A DNA stretch of 64,000 nucleotides, from assembly GCA_038321865.1 (NCBI GenBank), contig JBBQFH010000004.1:32001-96000 (forward strand), given 5' to 3'. The position numbers were made by a program, and so were the translations under genes. How positions within the stretch are numbered: position 1 is the stretch's first letter; each line of letters begins with the position of its first letter. The stretch comes from Gemmatimonadales bacterium (GTDB lineage Bacteria; Gemmatimonadota; Gemmatimonadetes; Gemmatimonadales; GWC2-71-9). Shown here piece by piece: positions 30,183-39,429 of the stretch. The notes beneath the pieces are model-generated. The model searched no databases and was not told the DNA's origin. It worked only from the letters and a program-made list of their open reading frames with translations.

Positions 30183-30885
30183 CGCGCCGCTTTTAGCCGC
30201 TGCCGCCCTGGCCCGCTCGTACGGGCCGCTCAAGGTGCTGCGGGGAGTGGACCTGTCGCTCCACGCCGGAGAGACGCTCGTCGTGGCCGGACCGAACGGT
30301 GCGGGGAAGACGACGCTGCTCCGCCTCCTCGCCGGCCTCATGCGTCCGACCGCTGGTGAGGTCCGCGTCATGGGCCGCCGGCTCACCCGCTCCGATGCCG
30401 ATGCCCGCCGTCCGCTCGGCCTCGTCTCCCATCACTCCCTGCTCTACGACGATCTCACGCTGCTGGAGAATCTCACGTTCGCCGCCCGGCTGTACGACAT
30501 GCCGGCGCCGCGCGATGCCGCGCGCGCCGCGCTGGCCGATGTGGGCCTGGGCGATCGGGAGGCATCGGTGCCGCGCCAGCTCAGCCGCGGGATGCTGCAG
30601 CGCGCCGCGATCGCCCGCGCGCTGATTCACCAGCCTGCGGTCCTGCTGCTCGACGAGCCGTTCACCGGGCTCGACGCGCGCGCCTCGGATCGGTTCCGCG
30701 CGCTGCTCGCCGAACGAAGCGCGGGCGGGCGCGCGGTGCTCATCGTGACCCATCAGCTGGCCGAGGCGTGGGATCTGGCCACGCGCGTCGCGGTGCTGGT
30801 CGGTGGACGCTGGGCGCTGGAAGAGCCGCGTGCTGGAGACGTGGCGTCGTTTCTCCCGCAATACCACGCGCTGACCGGTGCGTAG
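30169..30885 (+). CDS. ccmA: Heme exporter ATP-binding subunit
   Basis: GPNGAGKTT, LSRGMLQR, LLLDEPFTGLD; precedes ccmB and ccmC. Confidence 0.88.
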   Translation: MQPYDAPLLAAAALARSYGPLKVLRGVDLSLHAGETLVVAGPNGAGKTTLLRLLAGLMRPTAGEVRVMGRRLTRSDADARRPLGLVSHHSLLYDDLTLLENLTFAARLYDMPAPRDAARAALADVGLGDREASVPRQLSRGMLQRAAIARALIHQPAVLLLDEPFTGLDARASDRFRALLAERSAGGRAVLIVTHQLAEAWDLATRVAVLVGGRWALEEPRAGDVASFLPQYHALTGA

Positions 30886-31558
30886 CGCGCTCCGCCTCGC
30901 GCTCGTGGTTGCCGGCAAGGACATCCGCGCCGAGCTGCGGAGCCGCACGGCCATTCTGTCGGCGCTGGTCTTCGCCGCGCTGGTCCTGGTGGTGTTCAAC
31001 TTCGCCCGCGACCCCACCGCCCTCTCGGCCGCCGACCTCGCGCCGAGCGCGTTGTGGGTCACCTTCGCGTTCGGCGCGATCGTGGCGTTGAACCGCGCGT
31101 TCGCGATGGAGCGCGAGCATGCCGCGCTGGACGGCCTGCTGCTCGCGCCCCTGCCGCGGGAGTCGCTCTATCTCGGGAAGCTGCTCGCCAATCTGGCCTT
31201 CGTCGGCGTGGTGGAGGCGGTGACGCTTCCGCTGTTCGTGCTCTTCTTCGACGTGGATCTGGGCCACGCGCTGGGGGGGCTGATCGCCGTCATCGTCCTC
31301 GCCACGGTCGGCTTCGTCGCCGTCGGTACGGTGTTCAGCGCGATGGCGGTCCGGACGCGGTTCGCCGAGCTCCTCCTGCCGGTGCTGCTGCTGCCGTTCA
31401 TGGTCCCGCCGCTCATCGGGGCGGCGGCGCTGACGGCGCGCCTGCTGGCGGGACGGCCTTTCAGCGAAATGGCCGGCCTGCTAAGGTTACTTGCCGTCTA
31501 CGATATCGTCTTCGTGACGCTCTGCACCCTCCTCTTTCCAGCGGTGGTGGACGAATGA
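30878..31558 (+). CDS. ccmB: Heme exporter membrane subunit
   Basis: KDIRAELRS, LYLGKLLANL, LLLPVLLLP. Confidence 0.9.
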   Translation: MRSALRLALVVAGKDIRAELRSRTAILSALVFAALVLVVFNFARDPTALSAADLAPSALWVTFAFGAIVALNRAFAMEREHAALDGLLLAPLPRESLYLGKLLANLAFVGVVEAVTLPLFVLFFDVDLGHALGGLIAVIVLATVGFVAVGTVFSAMAVRTRFAELLLPVLLLPFMVPPLIGAAALTARLLAGRPFSEMAGLLRLLAVYDIVFVTLCTLLFPAVVDE

Positions 31559-32262
31559 CAGCCTCGCTCGCCGCGGCTCGAGCCACCATGCGCCGGGGGC
31601 GCGCCATCACCCTGGTCGCGCTGCTGGGACTCGCCGGCGTCTTCCTGCTGGCGCTACGCTACGCGCCGGTCGAGATCCACCAGGGGCTGGCCCAGAAGAT
31701 CTTTTACGTGCACGTGCCGGCGGCGTGGACGGCCCTGCTCGTCTTCTCGATCGTCGGGATCGTCAGCATCCTGTATCTCTGGCTGCAGGATCCGCGGCTC
31801 GACCAGTTCGCGGAGTCCTCGGCCGAGGTGGGGCTGGTCTTCAGCAGCATCATGCTGACGACCGGACCGATCTGGGCCAAGCCGATCTGGGGCACGTGGT
31901 GGACCTGGGATGCCCGGCTGACCCTGACGCTGTTCCTCTTCTTTCTCTACGTCGGCTATCTCGCGCTTCGCGCGGCCATCCATGATCCAGCCGAGCGCGG
32001 CCGCTTCAGCGCGGTCGTCGCAATCCTCGGGCTGATCCTGGTGCCGTTCATCCATCTCAGCGTCTACCTCTTCCGCACGCTGCATCCGAGGCCGATCGTG
32101 CTCAAGCCGAGTGCGCCGTCACTGCCGCCCGAGATGCTGCGCACGCTGCTCAGCTCGTTTGCGGTCTGCCTCCTGCTCTATGTCGGGCTGGTCACGATGC
32201 GTTATGGACTCGGCCTGGCCGAGCGGATCCGCGAGGCAGGGGAGGCCACCGATGCCGGCTGA
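31555..32262 (+). CDS. ccmC: Heme chaperone-loading protein
   Basis: IFYVHVPAAW, GPIWAKPIWGTWWTWDARLT (WWD motif), RTLHP. Confidence 0.95.
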   Translation: MTASLAAARATMRRGRAITLVALLGLAGVFLLALRYAPVEIHQGLAQKIFYVHVPAAWTALLVFSIVGIVSILYLWLQDPRLDQFAESSAEVGLVFSSIMLTTGPIWAKPIWGTWWTWDARLTLTLFLFFLYVGYLALRAAIHDPAERGRFSAVVAILGLILVPFIHLSVYLFRTLHPRPIVLKPSAPSLPPEMLRTLLSSFAVCLLLYVGLVTMRYGLGLAERIREAGEATDAG

Positions 32263-32374
32263 GACACCGCTCAACGGCGGCTACATGACCGCGGCCTACA
32301 TCGTGGCGGCGGCGATCTACGCCGGTTACACCCTTCGGCTCTGGCTGAGAACGGCGCGCGCCCTCCGCGACTGA
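32252..32374 (+). CDS. CcmD-like small membrane protein (40 aa)
   Basis: MPAETPLNGGYMTAAYIVAAAIYAGYTLRLW; GGAGG RBS; directly after ccmC. Confidence 0.65.
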   Translation: MPAETPLNGGYMTAAYIVAAAIYAGYTLRLWLRTARALRD

Positions 32375-32397
32375 CGCCAGTGCGGCGCCGCGCCACG

Positions 32398-32429
32398 AAA
32401 AAACGCCCACCCGAACCGGGTGGGCGTTT
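32398..32429. terminator. Bidirectional intrinsic terminator
   Basis: AAACGCCCACCCG-aac-CGGGTGGGCGTTT flanked by A/T runs, between convergent genes. Confidence 0.8.
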
Positions 32430-32450
32430 GGTTGTCCTGCCGCCGAACCG

Positions 32451-33152
32451 TCAGCTCGCCGGCGGCGTGTCCCGCGGCGGCATCAGTACCCGGTCCCAGA
32501 GTACCGCCGCCAGGGCGGCGCCGAGGATTGGACCGATCCAGTAGGCGGCGTGGCCGGTCCAGACGCCGCCGACGAGGGCCGGACCGAACGCGCGGGCGGG
32601 ATTGATCGCAGGGCCGGTGAGCGGTGCCGCCACCATGATGCACACGAACACCGTCAGCCCGATGGCAAATCCGCCGACTCGCGGTGCCGAGGCCGACACC
32701 GCGGTCCCGAACACCGCGGACATCAGGAAAAAGGTAAGCAGCGCTTCGATGCCGATGGCCTGCTGCATGGTGACCGTCGCGGATATCAGCGGGGTGCCGA
32801 GCGAGACCAGCCGGGCGATGCCGCTGGGGAAGACCAGCTGTACCGCGAGCGCGGCAAGCACCGCGCCGACCAGCTGGGCGGCGATGTACGCTCCGGCCGA
32901 CCGGGCGTCGAGCCGCCGCGCGACCACCATGCCGATCGTGAGGGCCGGATTCAGCAGGCCACCCGAGATCGCCATCGTGGCGGTGACCATGATCGCGAGC
33001 GCGACGCCGTGGACCAGTGCGATGCCCTGGATGCCCAGCAGGCCGCCGCCGCTGCCCGGATATGCATTGACGACGACCGACGCGCACCCGAGAAACACGA
33101 AGGCAAACGTCCCGAACAGTTCGGCGACCACGCGGCGCGAAAGAGAGGGCAT
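32451..33152 (-). CDS. MIP/aquaporin family channel
   Basis: AELFGTF; two NPA motifs (SGGLLNPAL, AINPARAFGP); YWIGP. Confidence 0.93.
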   Translation of the reverse strand: MPSLSRRVVAELFGTFAFVFLGCASVVVNAYPGSGGGLLGIQGIALVHGVALAIMVTATMAISGGLLNPALTIGMVVARRLDARSAGAYIAAQLVGAVLAALAVQLVFPSGIARLVSLGTPLISATVTMQQAIGIEALLTFFLMSAVFGTAVSASAPRVGGFAIGLTVFVCIMVAAPLTGPAINPARAFGPALVGGVWTGHAAYWIGPILGAALAAVLWDRVLMPPRDTPPAS

Positions 33153-33221
33153 CCCGTATCCTCGATGTGTTGGGGGTTGGGAGGCGAATCTACGCGCGCC
33201 ACGGAGGCCGGACAAGCCGCG

Positions 33222-34466
33222 CTAATGGCTCCGCCGGAAGAGGAGGGCGGCGTTGATGCCGCCGAAGCCGAAGGAGTTGCTCATGAGGTAGTCGGGCGAC
33301 GCATCGCGCCCCTCACCGGTGAGGTAGGGGAGATCACACGCCGGGTCGGCATGCTCGAGGTTGACCGTCGGCGGCAGCCAGCCGCGGTGGCTGGCCAGCG
33401 AGCAGATCGCGGCTTCGATGGCGCCGCTCGCGCCGAGCGCGTGTCCGTAATAGCCCTTGGTGCCGCTGATGTCCATCCGGTCGGCGTGGGCGCCGAAGAC
33501 CTGGCGGATCGACCCGGTCTCGGTGGGATCGTTGAGCGGCGTGGACGAGCCGTGGGCATTGACGTATCCCACCTCGCCGGGATTGACCGACTGATCGGCG
33601 AGCGCGTTCCGCATCGCGCGGGCCGCCTGGGTCCCGTCGGGACGAGGCGCGGTCATGTGATGCGCGTCGTTGGTGAGCCCGTAGCCGCAGATCTCGGCGT
33701 AGATCTTCGCTCCCCGCGCCAGTGCGCGCTGCCGCTCCTCCAGCACCAGCACCGCCGCTCCCTCGGCCATGACGAAGCCATCGCGGTCCTCGTCGAACGG
33801 CCGGCTGGCGCGGGCCGGATCATCGTTCCGGGTGGACATGGCGCGGATGATGGAGAACGCGCCGTAGCAGAGCGGCGACAGCGGGGCTTCCGAGCCGCCG
33901 GCCATCATCACGTCGGCCTCGCCGCGCGCGATCACCCGATAGGCATCGCCGATGGCGATGGTGCCCGAGGCGCAGCTCATGCCGTTGGTCGAGTTGGGAC
34001 CGGAGAAGCCGAACTCGATCGCGATGTTGCAGCTCCCCGCGCCGGCGAACACCGACAGCGCCAGCGACGGGTCCACCGCGCGGATCCCGCCTTCGACGAA
34101 ATGACGGTACTCGGCTTCGCCGCGCGAGACGCCGCCGAGCGCCGTCCCCATCATCGCGCCCACGCGTTCCCCGTCCTCCCGTGCCGGATCGATCTCCGCA
34201 TCGGCCAGCGCCAGCCGGGTCGCCGCGATGCTGAACTGGGAGAAGCGGTCCAGCCGGCGGACCTTGCGCTCCTCGAGGTGATCGGTGGCGTGGAAATCCG
34301 TCACCTCCGCCGCCATCCGGGAACGGAACATGGACGGGTCGAAGCGCGTGATGCACCCGACCGCCGATGTCCGCCGGCGGAGCCCGTTCCAGAGGGCCTC
34401 GACGCCGGTTCCGATCGGCGTGATCGCGCCGATGCCGGTGACGACCACGCGGCGCGGCTCAGCCAT
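33222..34466 (-). CDS. Beta-ketoacyl synthase (FabF/type II KS-like)
   Basis: RRVVVTGIG; catalytic Cys-His-His in MSCASG, NAHGSST, GHALGA; SNSFGFGG. Confidence 0.93.
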   Translation of the reverse strand: MAEPRRVVVTGIGAITPIGTGVEALWNGLRRRTSAVGCITRFDPSMFRSRMAAEVTDFHATDHLEERKVRRLDRFSQFSIAATRLALADAEIDPAREDGERVGAMMGTALGGVSRGEAEYRHFVEGGIRAVDPSLALSVFAGAGSCNIAIEFGFSGPNSTNGMSCASGTIAIGDAYRVIARGEADVMMAGGSEAPLSPLCYGAFSIIRAMSTRNDDPARASRPFDEDRDGFVMAEGAAVLVLEERQRALARGAKIYAEICGYGLTNDAHHMTAPRPDGTQAARAMRNALADQSVNPGEVGYVNAHGSSTPLNDPTETGSIRQVFGAHADRMDISGTKGYYGHALGASGAIEAAICSLASHRGWLPPTVNLEHADPACDLPYLTGEGRDASPDYLMSNSFGFGGINAALLFRRSH

Positions 34467-34926
34467 GAGATGCCTCCACGGCCGACTTGAGTCCCGCGAG
34501 CGTGCGTGAAGCAATGCCATGTATGAATATCGGACCGATCACCCACTCCGCCGCGGGGCGGCGGATGAGGGGCCAGTCTGGCCCGGTCCACTGATGTACG
34601 ATCGTCACGTCCGTCCCTTCCTTGGTTGAGAACAGCTTCCACTCCACGTCCATTCCTGCCGTGATACCCCGGACATGCCGATACCGCACCGTCGAAGCGG
34701 CCGGGTCCACCCACATCTCCGACACCCACCAGGTCGGGTAGCGGACGGCGCCGAACGGCCGCCACGCCGCCATCTCCACCAGCGTGCCCCCAGTCGGACC
34801 GCCCGGGAGCAGGCGGACCCAGCGGTAATGCGCGAGCAGCGCCGGCCATTGTTCGACGTCCGATGCGGCCGCAAACGCACGTTCGAGCGGGGCGTGCATG
34901 ACGATATGGTCCACGGTGTGCATCAT
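34459..34926 (-). CDS. SRPBCC/START-fold polyketide cyclase-like protein
   Basis: AASDVEQWPALLAHYRWV, WVSEM, YRHVRGITAGMDVEW. Confidence 0.82.
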   Translation of the reverse strand: MMHTVDHIVMHAPLERAFAAASDVEQWPALLAHYRWVRLLPGGPTGGTLVEMAAWRPFGAVRYPTWWVSEMWVDPAASTVRYRHVRGITAGMDVEWKLFSTKEGTDVTIVHQWTGPDWPLIRRPAAEWVIGPIFIHGIASRTLAGLKSAVEASHG

Positions 34927-35624
34927 CGGCCGGGCCGCCAGGTGGCCAGCAGGCGCCAGCCGGGCCGTCGTTCGACCCGGGCGGCCAGCCCGGCGCCGCT
35001 CAGAATGGCGCGCAGCTCGGCCGTGGTGAAGCCGCGGCGGATCGAGGTGATGCCATCGAGCCGCGTGACGCGATCGAAGCCGAGCAGCCGGGCACCGATC
35101 CAGAAGCCGGCGGCGGCAATGGCGGACCGGTGCAGGTCGGCGATCACCACGCCGCGGCGGGCGAGCCCGTCACACGTTCGGGCCAGGCGTGCCACGGATT
35201 CGGGCGCGAAGTGATGCGCCACCTGACTCACGAGGACGACATCCACCGAGCGCGGGCGGACCGGCGGCGCGGCGGCGTCAGCCAAAATCGTGGGCACCCC
35301 GCCCGCGCTCGCCAGCATCGCCGCGACAGGGCTCCGCTCGAGCCCGAGCGGAACGATCTCGAGTCCTCTGGTCCGGCCCCAGCGGACCGCGGCCGCCGGG
35401 AGGTCCCCCCGCCCGGTGCCGATGTCGAGCAGCGTAATGCGGGAGCCGCGTGGTACGTCGGCCAGCACGCGCCCAAGGCCGAACAGGGCTGCCGCGGTAC
35501 CGCCGAACCAGCGGTTGGCGACCGCGATGTTCCGGAGCGATTCCGCGACGACACCGGCGTCGGCCGACGGATCGTCGAGCAGTTCGCCCCCCACCGGACT
35601 GATCAGCAGATCCGGGGCGCTCAT
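34923..35624 (-). CDS. SAM-dependent methyltransferase
   Basis: ELLDDP, NRWFGG, LLDIGTGRGD, QVAHHF, IADLHR, DGITSIRRGFT. Confidence 0.88.
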   Translation of the reverse strand: MSAPDLLISPVGGELLDDPSADAGVVAESLRNIAVANRWFGGTAAALFGLGRVLADVPRGSRITLLDIGTGRGDLPAAAVRWGRTRGLEIVPLGLERSPVAAMLASAGGVPTILADAAAPPVRPRSVDVVLVSQVAHHFAPESVARLARTCDGLARRGVVIADLHRSAIAAAGFWIGARLLGFDRVTRLDGITSIRRGFTTAELRAILSGAGLAARVERRPGWRLLATWRPGR

Positions 35625-36103
35625 CCGAACACCGTGTAGCCGCCGCGGTAGTAGAGCAGCGGCCGCCCATCACCGGGGGCGCCGCCGATCACGCGTCCGA
35701 TCACGATGGTGTGATCGCCGGCTTCGACGAGGGCGTGCCGCTCACACTCGATGTGGGCGTGGGCACCGTCGAGCAACACGAGCCCGCTTTCGCTGAGCCG
35801 ATAGCCGATCCCATCGAACCGGCCGGCGTTCTCCGCGGCGAATCGGCGGGATACCGCCTCCTGCGAGTCACAGAGGATGTTGACCATGAACGTCGGAGCG
35901 GCGACGAGCGCCCCATGGATCGTGGCGGCGTGGTCGATCGCCAGCGAGAGGAGGGGCGGGTCGAGCGAGATGGAGGCGAGGCTGTTGGCGGTCATGCCGA
36001 CCGCGCGCCCGTCGGCCTCGCGCGTGGTCAGGACCGCCACGCCGGTGGCGAACCGCCCCAGCAGCTGGCGAAACCGCGCCGCGTCGATGTCGGGGGCGCT
36101 CAT
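35621..36103 (-). CDS. Flavin reductase-like protein
   Basis: FRQLLGRFATGV, GMTANS..SISLDPPL, AGDH, PLLYYRGGY. Confidence 0.93.
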   Translation of the reverse strand: MSAPDIDAARFRQLLGRFATGVAVLTTREADGRAVGMTANSLASISLDPPLLSLAIDHAATIHGALVAAPTFMVNILCDSQEAVSRRFAAENAGRFDGIGYRLSESGLVLLDGAHAHIECERHALVEAGDHTIVIGRVIGGAPGDGRPLLYYRGGYTVFG

Positions 36104-37305
36104 AGCACCATCTTCGCGAGGAAGAGCGGGTTGAGCACCTCACGGGCGGGGACGAAGTCGCCGGTGACGCCAATCAGGGTGTCGGCGAGGCCCCGCCGCT
36201 CGAGCCGGCCGACGGCGCGGTCGAACAGGCGGGGAAACCACATCCCGTATCCGATGAGGCGCTCGACCGCCCATTTGCCGGCGAACGCGCGCCGCCGGGC
36301 CGCCAGGTACGGCGCCAGCCGGCGGGCCCGCACCGTTCCCGGTGCCTCCAGCGCAAGCGGAATGGCGGCGGCCGCCAGCTCCGCGCCGCGGAGCGCGCTG
36401 CAGATGCCCTCGCCGGTGAACGGATCGAAGAAGTCCGCGGCATCGCCAAGCAGGAGGGCGCCGTCGGCGACGACCCGCGATGCGCGCGCGGCGAATGGGC
36501 CGGTGACCATGATCGGACGGATCATCCGGTCCCGTGCGACCCGGCCACGGACGCCCGCAAACGTGTCGAGCGCCTCGAAAAAGAACTCGTCGAGGCGTCC
36601 GCGCGCCTCGCGCGCGCGCGCCGCAGGGACGACGAGCGCGACATTGGTGACGCCGCTCCCGATCGGATTGAGCCCCACGTAGCCGTCCGTCCCCACGTAC
36701 ATCTCGGCCGAGCGTCCCAGTCCGGGCACGTCCGTCACATGGGCGACGAACGCGACCCGGCGCGGCCGTCCGTACCGCTGCTGTCCCAGCCGGCGTGCGA
36801 CGACGGAGCGCAGTCCATCGGCGCCGATCGTCAGCCGGGCGTGAATCACCCTGCGGTCCCCATTGGCGCCGCGCACCACGGCGCCGGCGACCGCGCCGGC
36901 GTCGTACACCAGATCCTCCACCGTGGTGCGCTCCAGCACCGTGGCGCCCGCCGCGCGGGCGCCGGCCAGGAGCCGGGCATCGAGCACCCGCCGCGAGATC
37001 GAGAGCCCGGTTGCACGGAAGGGCGGGTGACTGGCCCGGGCAAAGGCGCCGGCGAGCCGGGCCCCATGGGCGGCGGTGACGATCGTGCCTTCGAGGGCGG
37101 TTCCGCCCGCCGCATCGAGATCGGCGAGCGCGCCCAGCCGGTCGAGCACGCGAGCCGCCTCGGGGCTCATGTATTCGGAACAGGGCTTGTCCCGGGGGAA
37201 TGCCGCCCGGTCCACCACCGTCACCGCGACACCGGCCGCGGCGAGCAGCGTGGCGGCGGCACTCCCGCCGGGCCCGCCGCCGACGATCAGGACGTCAGCC
37301 GACAC
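36100..37305 (-). CDS. FAD-dependent oxidoreductase (geranylgeranyl reductase/halogenase-like)
   Basis: DVLIVGGGPGG, FPRDKPC, IGADGLRS, GDAADFFDPFTGEGI. Start GTG 37305. Confidence 0.88.
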   Translation of the reverse strand: MSADVLIVGGGPGGSAAATLLAAAGVAVTVVDRAAFPRDKPCSEYMSPEAARVLDRLGALADLDAAGGTALEGTIVTAAHGARLAGAFARASHPPFRATGLSISRRVLDARLLAGARAAGATVLERTTVEDLVYDAGAVAGAVVRGANGDRRVIHARLTIGADGLRSVVARRLGQQRYGRPRRVAFVAHVTDVPGLGRSAEMYVGTDGYVGLNPIGSGVTNVALVVPAARAREARGRLDEFFFEALDTFAGVRGRVARDRMIRPIMVTGPFAARASRVVADGALLLGDAADFFDPFTGEGICSALRGAELAAAAIPLALEAPGTVRARRLAPYLAARRRAFAGKWAVERLIGYGMWFPRLFDRAVGRLERRGLADTLIGVTGDFVPAREVLNPLFLAKMVL

Positions 37306-37723
37306 GCCGGTACTCGAGTCCGTCCAGCACCAGCCGGTCGCGCGAGAAGGCGGCAAAGGCGACGGAGAAGGTGGCGGGAAGCGTGCCGGGCACGCTGACG
37401 GTCACGGTGCCGGGGTTTTCAGCGTACGTGCAGTCGCGCGCCGTGGTGCGGGGAATGCCTTCAGAGACGAGCAGCGTGGTGACGGACTGGCGGCAGGAGC
37501 CATCTGCGGCAAAGCGCCAGGCCACCGTCGTGGTCTGGAGATCGGCGGAGATCAGGATGATGGTTTCCACCGTCCAGTCGCCGATGAGGGCGCTGGCCGA
37601 GGTCTGTCCGCCGATCGCCGGTGGGGTGATCGTGCCGAGTGTGCCGCCGCTCGAGCTGGGGCCGGTCTGCTCCGGGGCGCAGCCGCTCAGGGCCAGCGCG
37701 ACAGCCAGCCCCACGCCGCCCAT
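37295..37723 (-). CDS. Hypothetical lipoprotein (lipocalin-like)
   Basis: Lipobox LALSGC; LIGDW motif; beta-rich. Start uncertain. Confidence 0.6.
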   Translation of the reverse strand: MGGVGLAVALALSGCAPEQTGPSSSGGTLGTITPPAIGGQTSASALIGDWTVETIILISADLQTTTVAWRFAADGSCRQSVTTLLVSEGIPRTTARDCTYAENPGTVTVSVPGTLPATFSVAFAAFSRDRLVLDGLEYRRVG

Positions 37724-38466
37724 CCGGCCAGCGCGGCGGCGCTGGTGGCGGCCGCGTTCACTCCATCGTTCGTCAGCCAGCGCCAGCCTCTTTCATGTCG
37801 CGTCAGGGTGCCGCATGCGTGCCGGGGCGATTCGCACGGCGTGCCGCACATCGGGCAGCGGAACCGAGCCTGGAATCTCGCGCCAAGGACCGAATCGACC
37901 AGCATGCCGCCGACACCTATGATAGCGCCGACGGGCAGCAGGACGGTGTGACCGGTGAACGCCGCTGGAAGTGATATAAGTAGCGCGCCGACCGCGGCGC
38001 CCAGCGTTCCTGCCCAGGTGATGCCGCCGCTGGTGCCGGCGGGCACCGGAATCCCGGTGAGCACGTCGCGAGGGAGGCCAGGGCTGAACGCCCCGACCGA
38101 GGTGGCCCAGGTATCGGCACCGGCCGCGGCCATGGCGGCGGTGGCGATCCAGAGGGCGAGCCGGGGATCGGCCGATGCGGCCAGCGCGCCGGCCGCGGCC
38201 GCACCTCCGTTGGCGTATACCTGGCGGAGGTCTCTGCGGTTCCCGCGGTGGTCCTGAGGAGGGGCCCGAAGATCCGCCAGGCGGGAGATGGCGGTACTGG
38301 AGAGGAAGAAGACGAGGACGACCGCCCCACCGGGCCAGCCCGCGGCGACGAGGATCGCAGTGCCGACAGTGGCAGCGGCGGCGGCACCGTCACCCGTGAG
38401 TGCGTGGGCCCGCCAGCCGGCGATCGCAACCGAGCCCGCCACCGCCGCCGCGAGCGCCGGCCCCAC
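37687..38466 (-). CDS. DUF92/TMEM19 family membrane protein
   Basis: FFLSST, RRDLRQVYANGG, AGADTWAT, GTSGGITWAG, DSVLGARFQ, LTNDGVN. Confidence 0.9.
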   Translation of the reverse strand: MGPALAAAVAGSVAIAGWRAHALTGDGAAAAATVGTAILVAAGWPGGAVVLVFFLSSTAISRLADLRAPPQDHRGNRRDLRQVYANGGAAAAGALAASADPRLALWIATAAMAAAGADTWATSVGAFSPGLPRDVLTGIPVPAGTSGGITWAGTLGAAVGALLISLPAAFTGHTVLLPVGAIIGVGGMLVDSVLGARFQARFRCPMCGTPCESPRHACGTLTRHERGWRWLTNDGVNAAATSAAALAGWAAWGWLSRWP

Positions 38467-38468
38467 GC

Positions 38469-38747
38469 TCAGCGGCCGGCGGCCTCACCGCGGAGCGCGT
38501 CGGCGATCCGCGCCCGGAGTGAATCGGGGCAGCGCACCCCGCCGGCCGGTGTCCGCACGAGATCGAGAAAGCGCTCGCCATACCGCAGCTCACCGAAGCA
38601 GTGGTGGCACCGCTCGAGGTGGGCCTTCACTTTCCGTTCGAGCTCGGGTGTCAGCTCCCGCTTCAAGTAGTCCTGCAGCTGCTGGATTGCCGCATCGCAG
38701 TCCAGCTCGTCCGCCGCACCGACCTGCCCGTCGTGCTCGATATTCAC
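38469..38747 (-). CDS. Zinc-finger (zf-HC2) anti-sigma factor
   Basis: LDC...LQDYL..EL...HLERCHHC (HxxxCxxC). Confidence 0.88.
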   Translation of the reverse strand: MNIEHDGQVGAADELDCDAAIQQLQDYLKRELTPELERKVKAHLERCHHCFGELRYGERFLDLVRTPAGGVRCPDSLRARIADALRGEAAGR

Positions 38748-39309
38748 GGAGTGCCTCGCGCCTTGATGTAACCCATTTCCACCGCATGCTCGTACAGCGC
38801 CTTCTGGAGCAGCCGCCGCGCGCGAAAGAGCCGCGACTTCACCGTGCCGATCGGCACTTCCAGCGACTGGCGACCTCGGCGTAACTGAGTCCTTCCATAT
38901 CGCTCAGCACCAGGGCCTCGCGAAATTCAGGGGGCAGCGCGTCGACGGCGGCGAGCACCCGGGCGTCCACGATCTTGCTGAAGAAGGCGCCCTCGGGGTC
39001 CGCGTCGGGCCCCTCGCGCCGGGCCACGTAGGGCTCGACAAGATCGATGTCCACCGGAATCGGCTCCCGGCGCTGCTTGCGGTACTCGTTGATGAACGTG
39101 TTCCGCAAAATGGTAAGCAGCCAGGCGCGAGCGTTGGTTCCCGGGCGGAACTGGGCCCAGGCGCGGAATGCCTTCAGCATCGTGTCCTGCACCAGATCCT
39201 CGGCGCGGCTCTCGTCGCCCCCCAGTCTGAGCGCCACGCGGTAGAGCGTGTCGAGGTGGGGCAGCGCTTCGCGCTCGAATGAGGTCGGGTCCCGGGCGAC
39301 GTCCGTCAT
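38744..39309 (-). pseudogene. ECF sigma factor (SigH/SigR-like) with a 1-nt frameshift (real or sequencing error)
   Basis: [25 protein letters not shown]; region 4.2 [21 protein letters not shown] continues in another frame from about 38869. Confidence 0.8.
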
Positions 39310-39429
39310 GGGGCGGAATGTCCGCGAGGCCGACAGCGCGCGCAAGTCGCCACTGGCTCGCGCGCGCGGCGCCCGCTATGTTCCGCGCCGTTCCGCCGAG
39401 GCCACCAACGCGTGTGAACGCCCAACGCC

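Noticed and set aside
33222..34926. Canonical type II aromatic PKS
   Set aside because: No chain-length factor or ACP in the cluster.
38860..38880. Programmed ribosomal frameshift in the sigma gene
   Set aside because: No slippery heptamer; a single-base deletion or read error is simpler.
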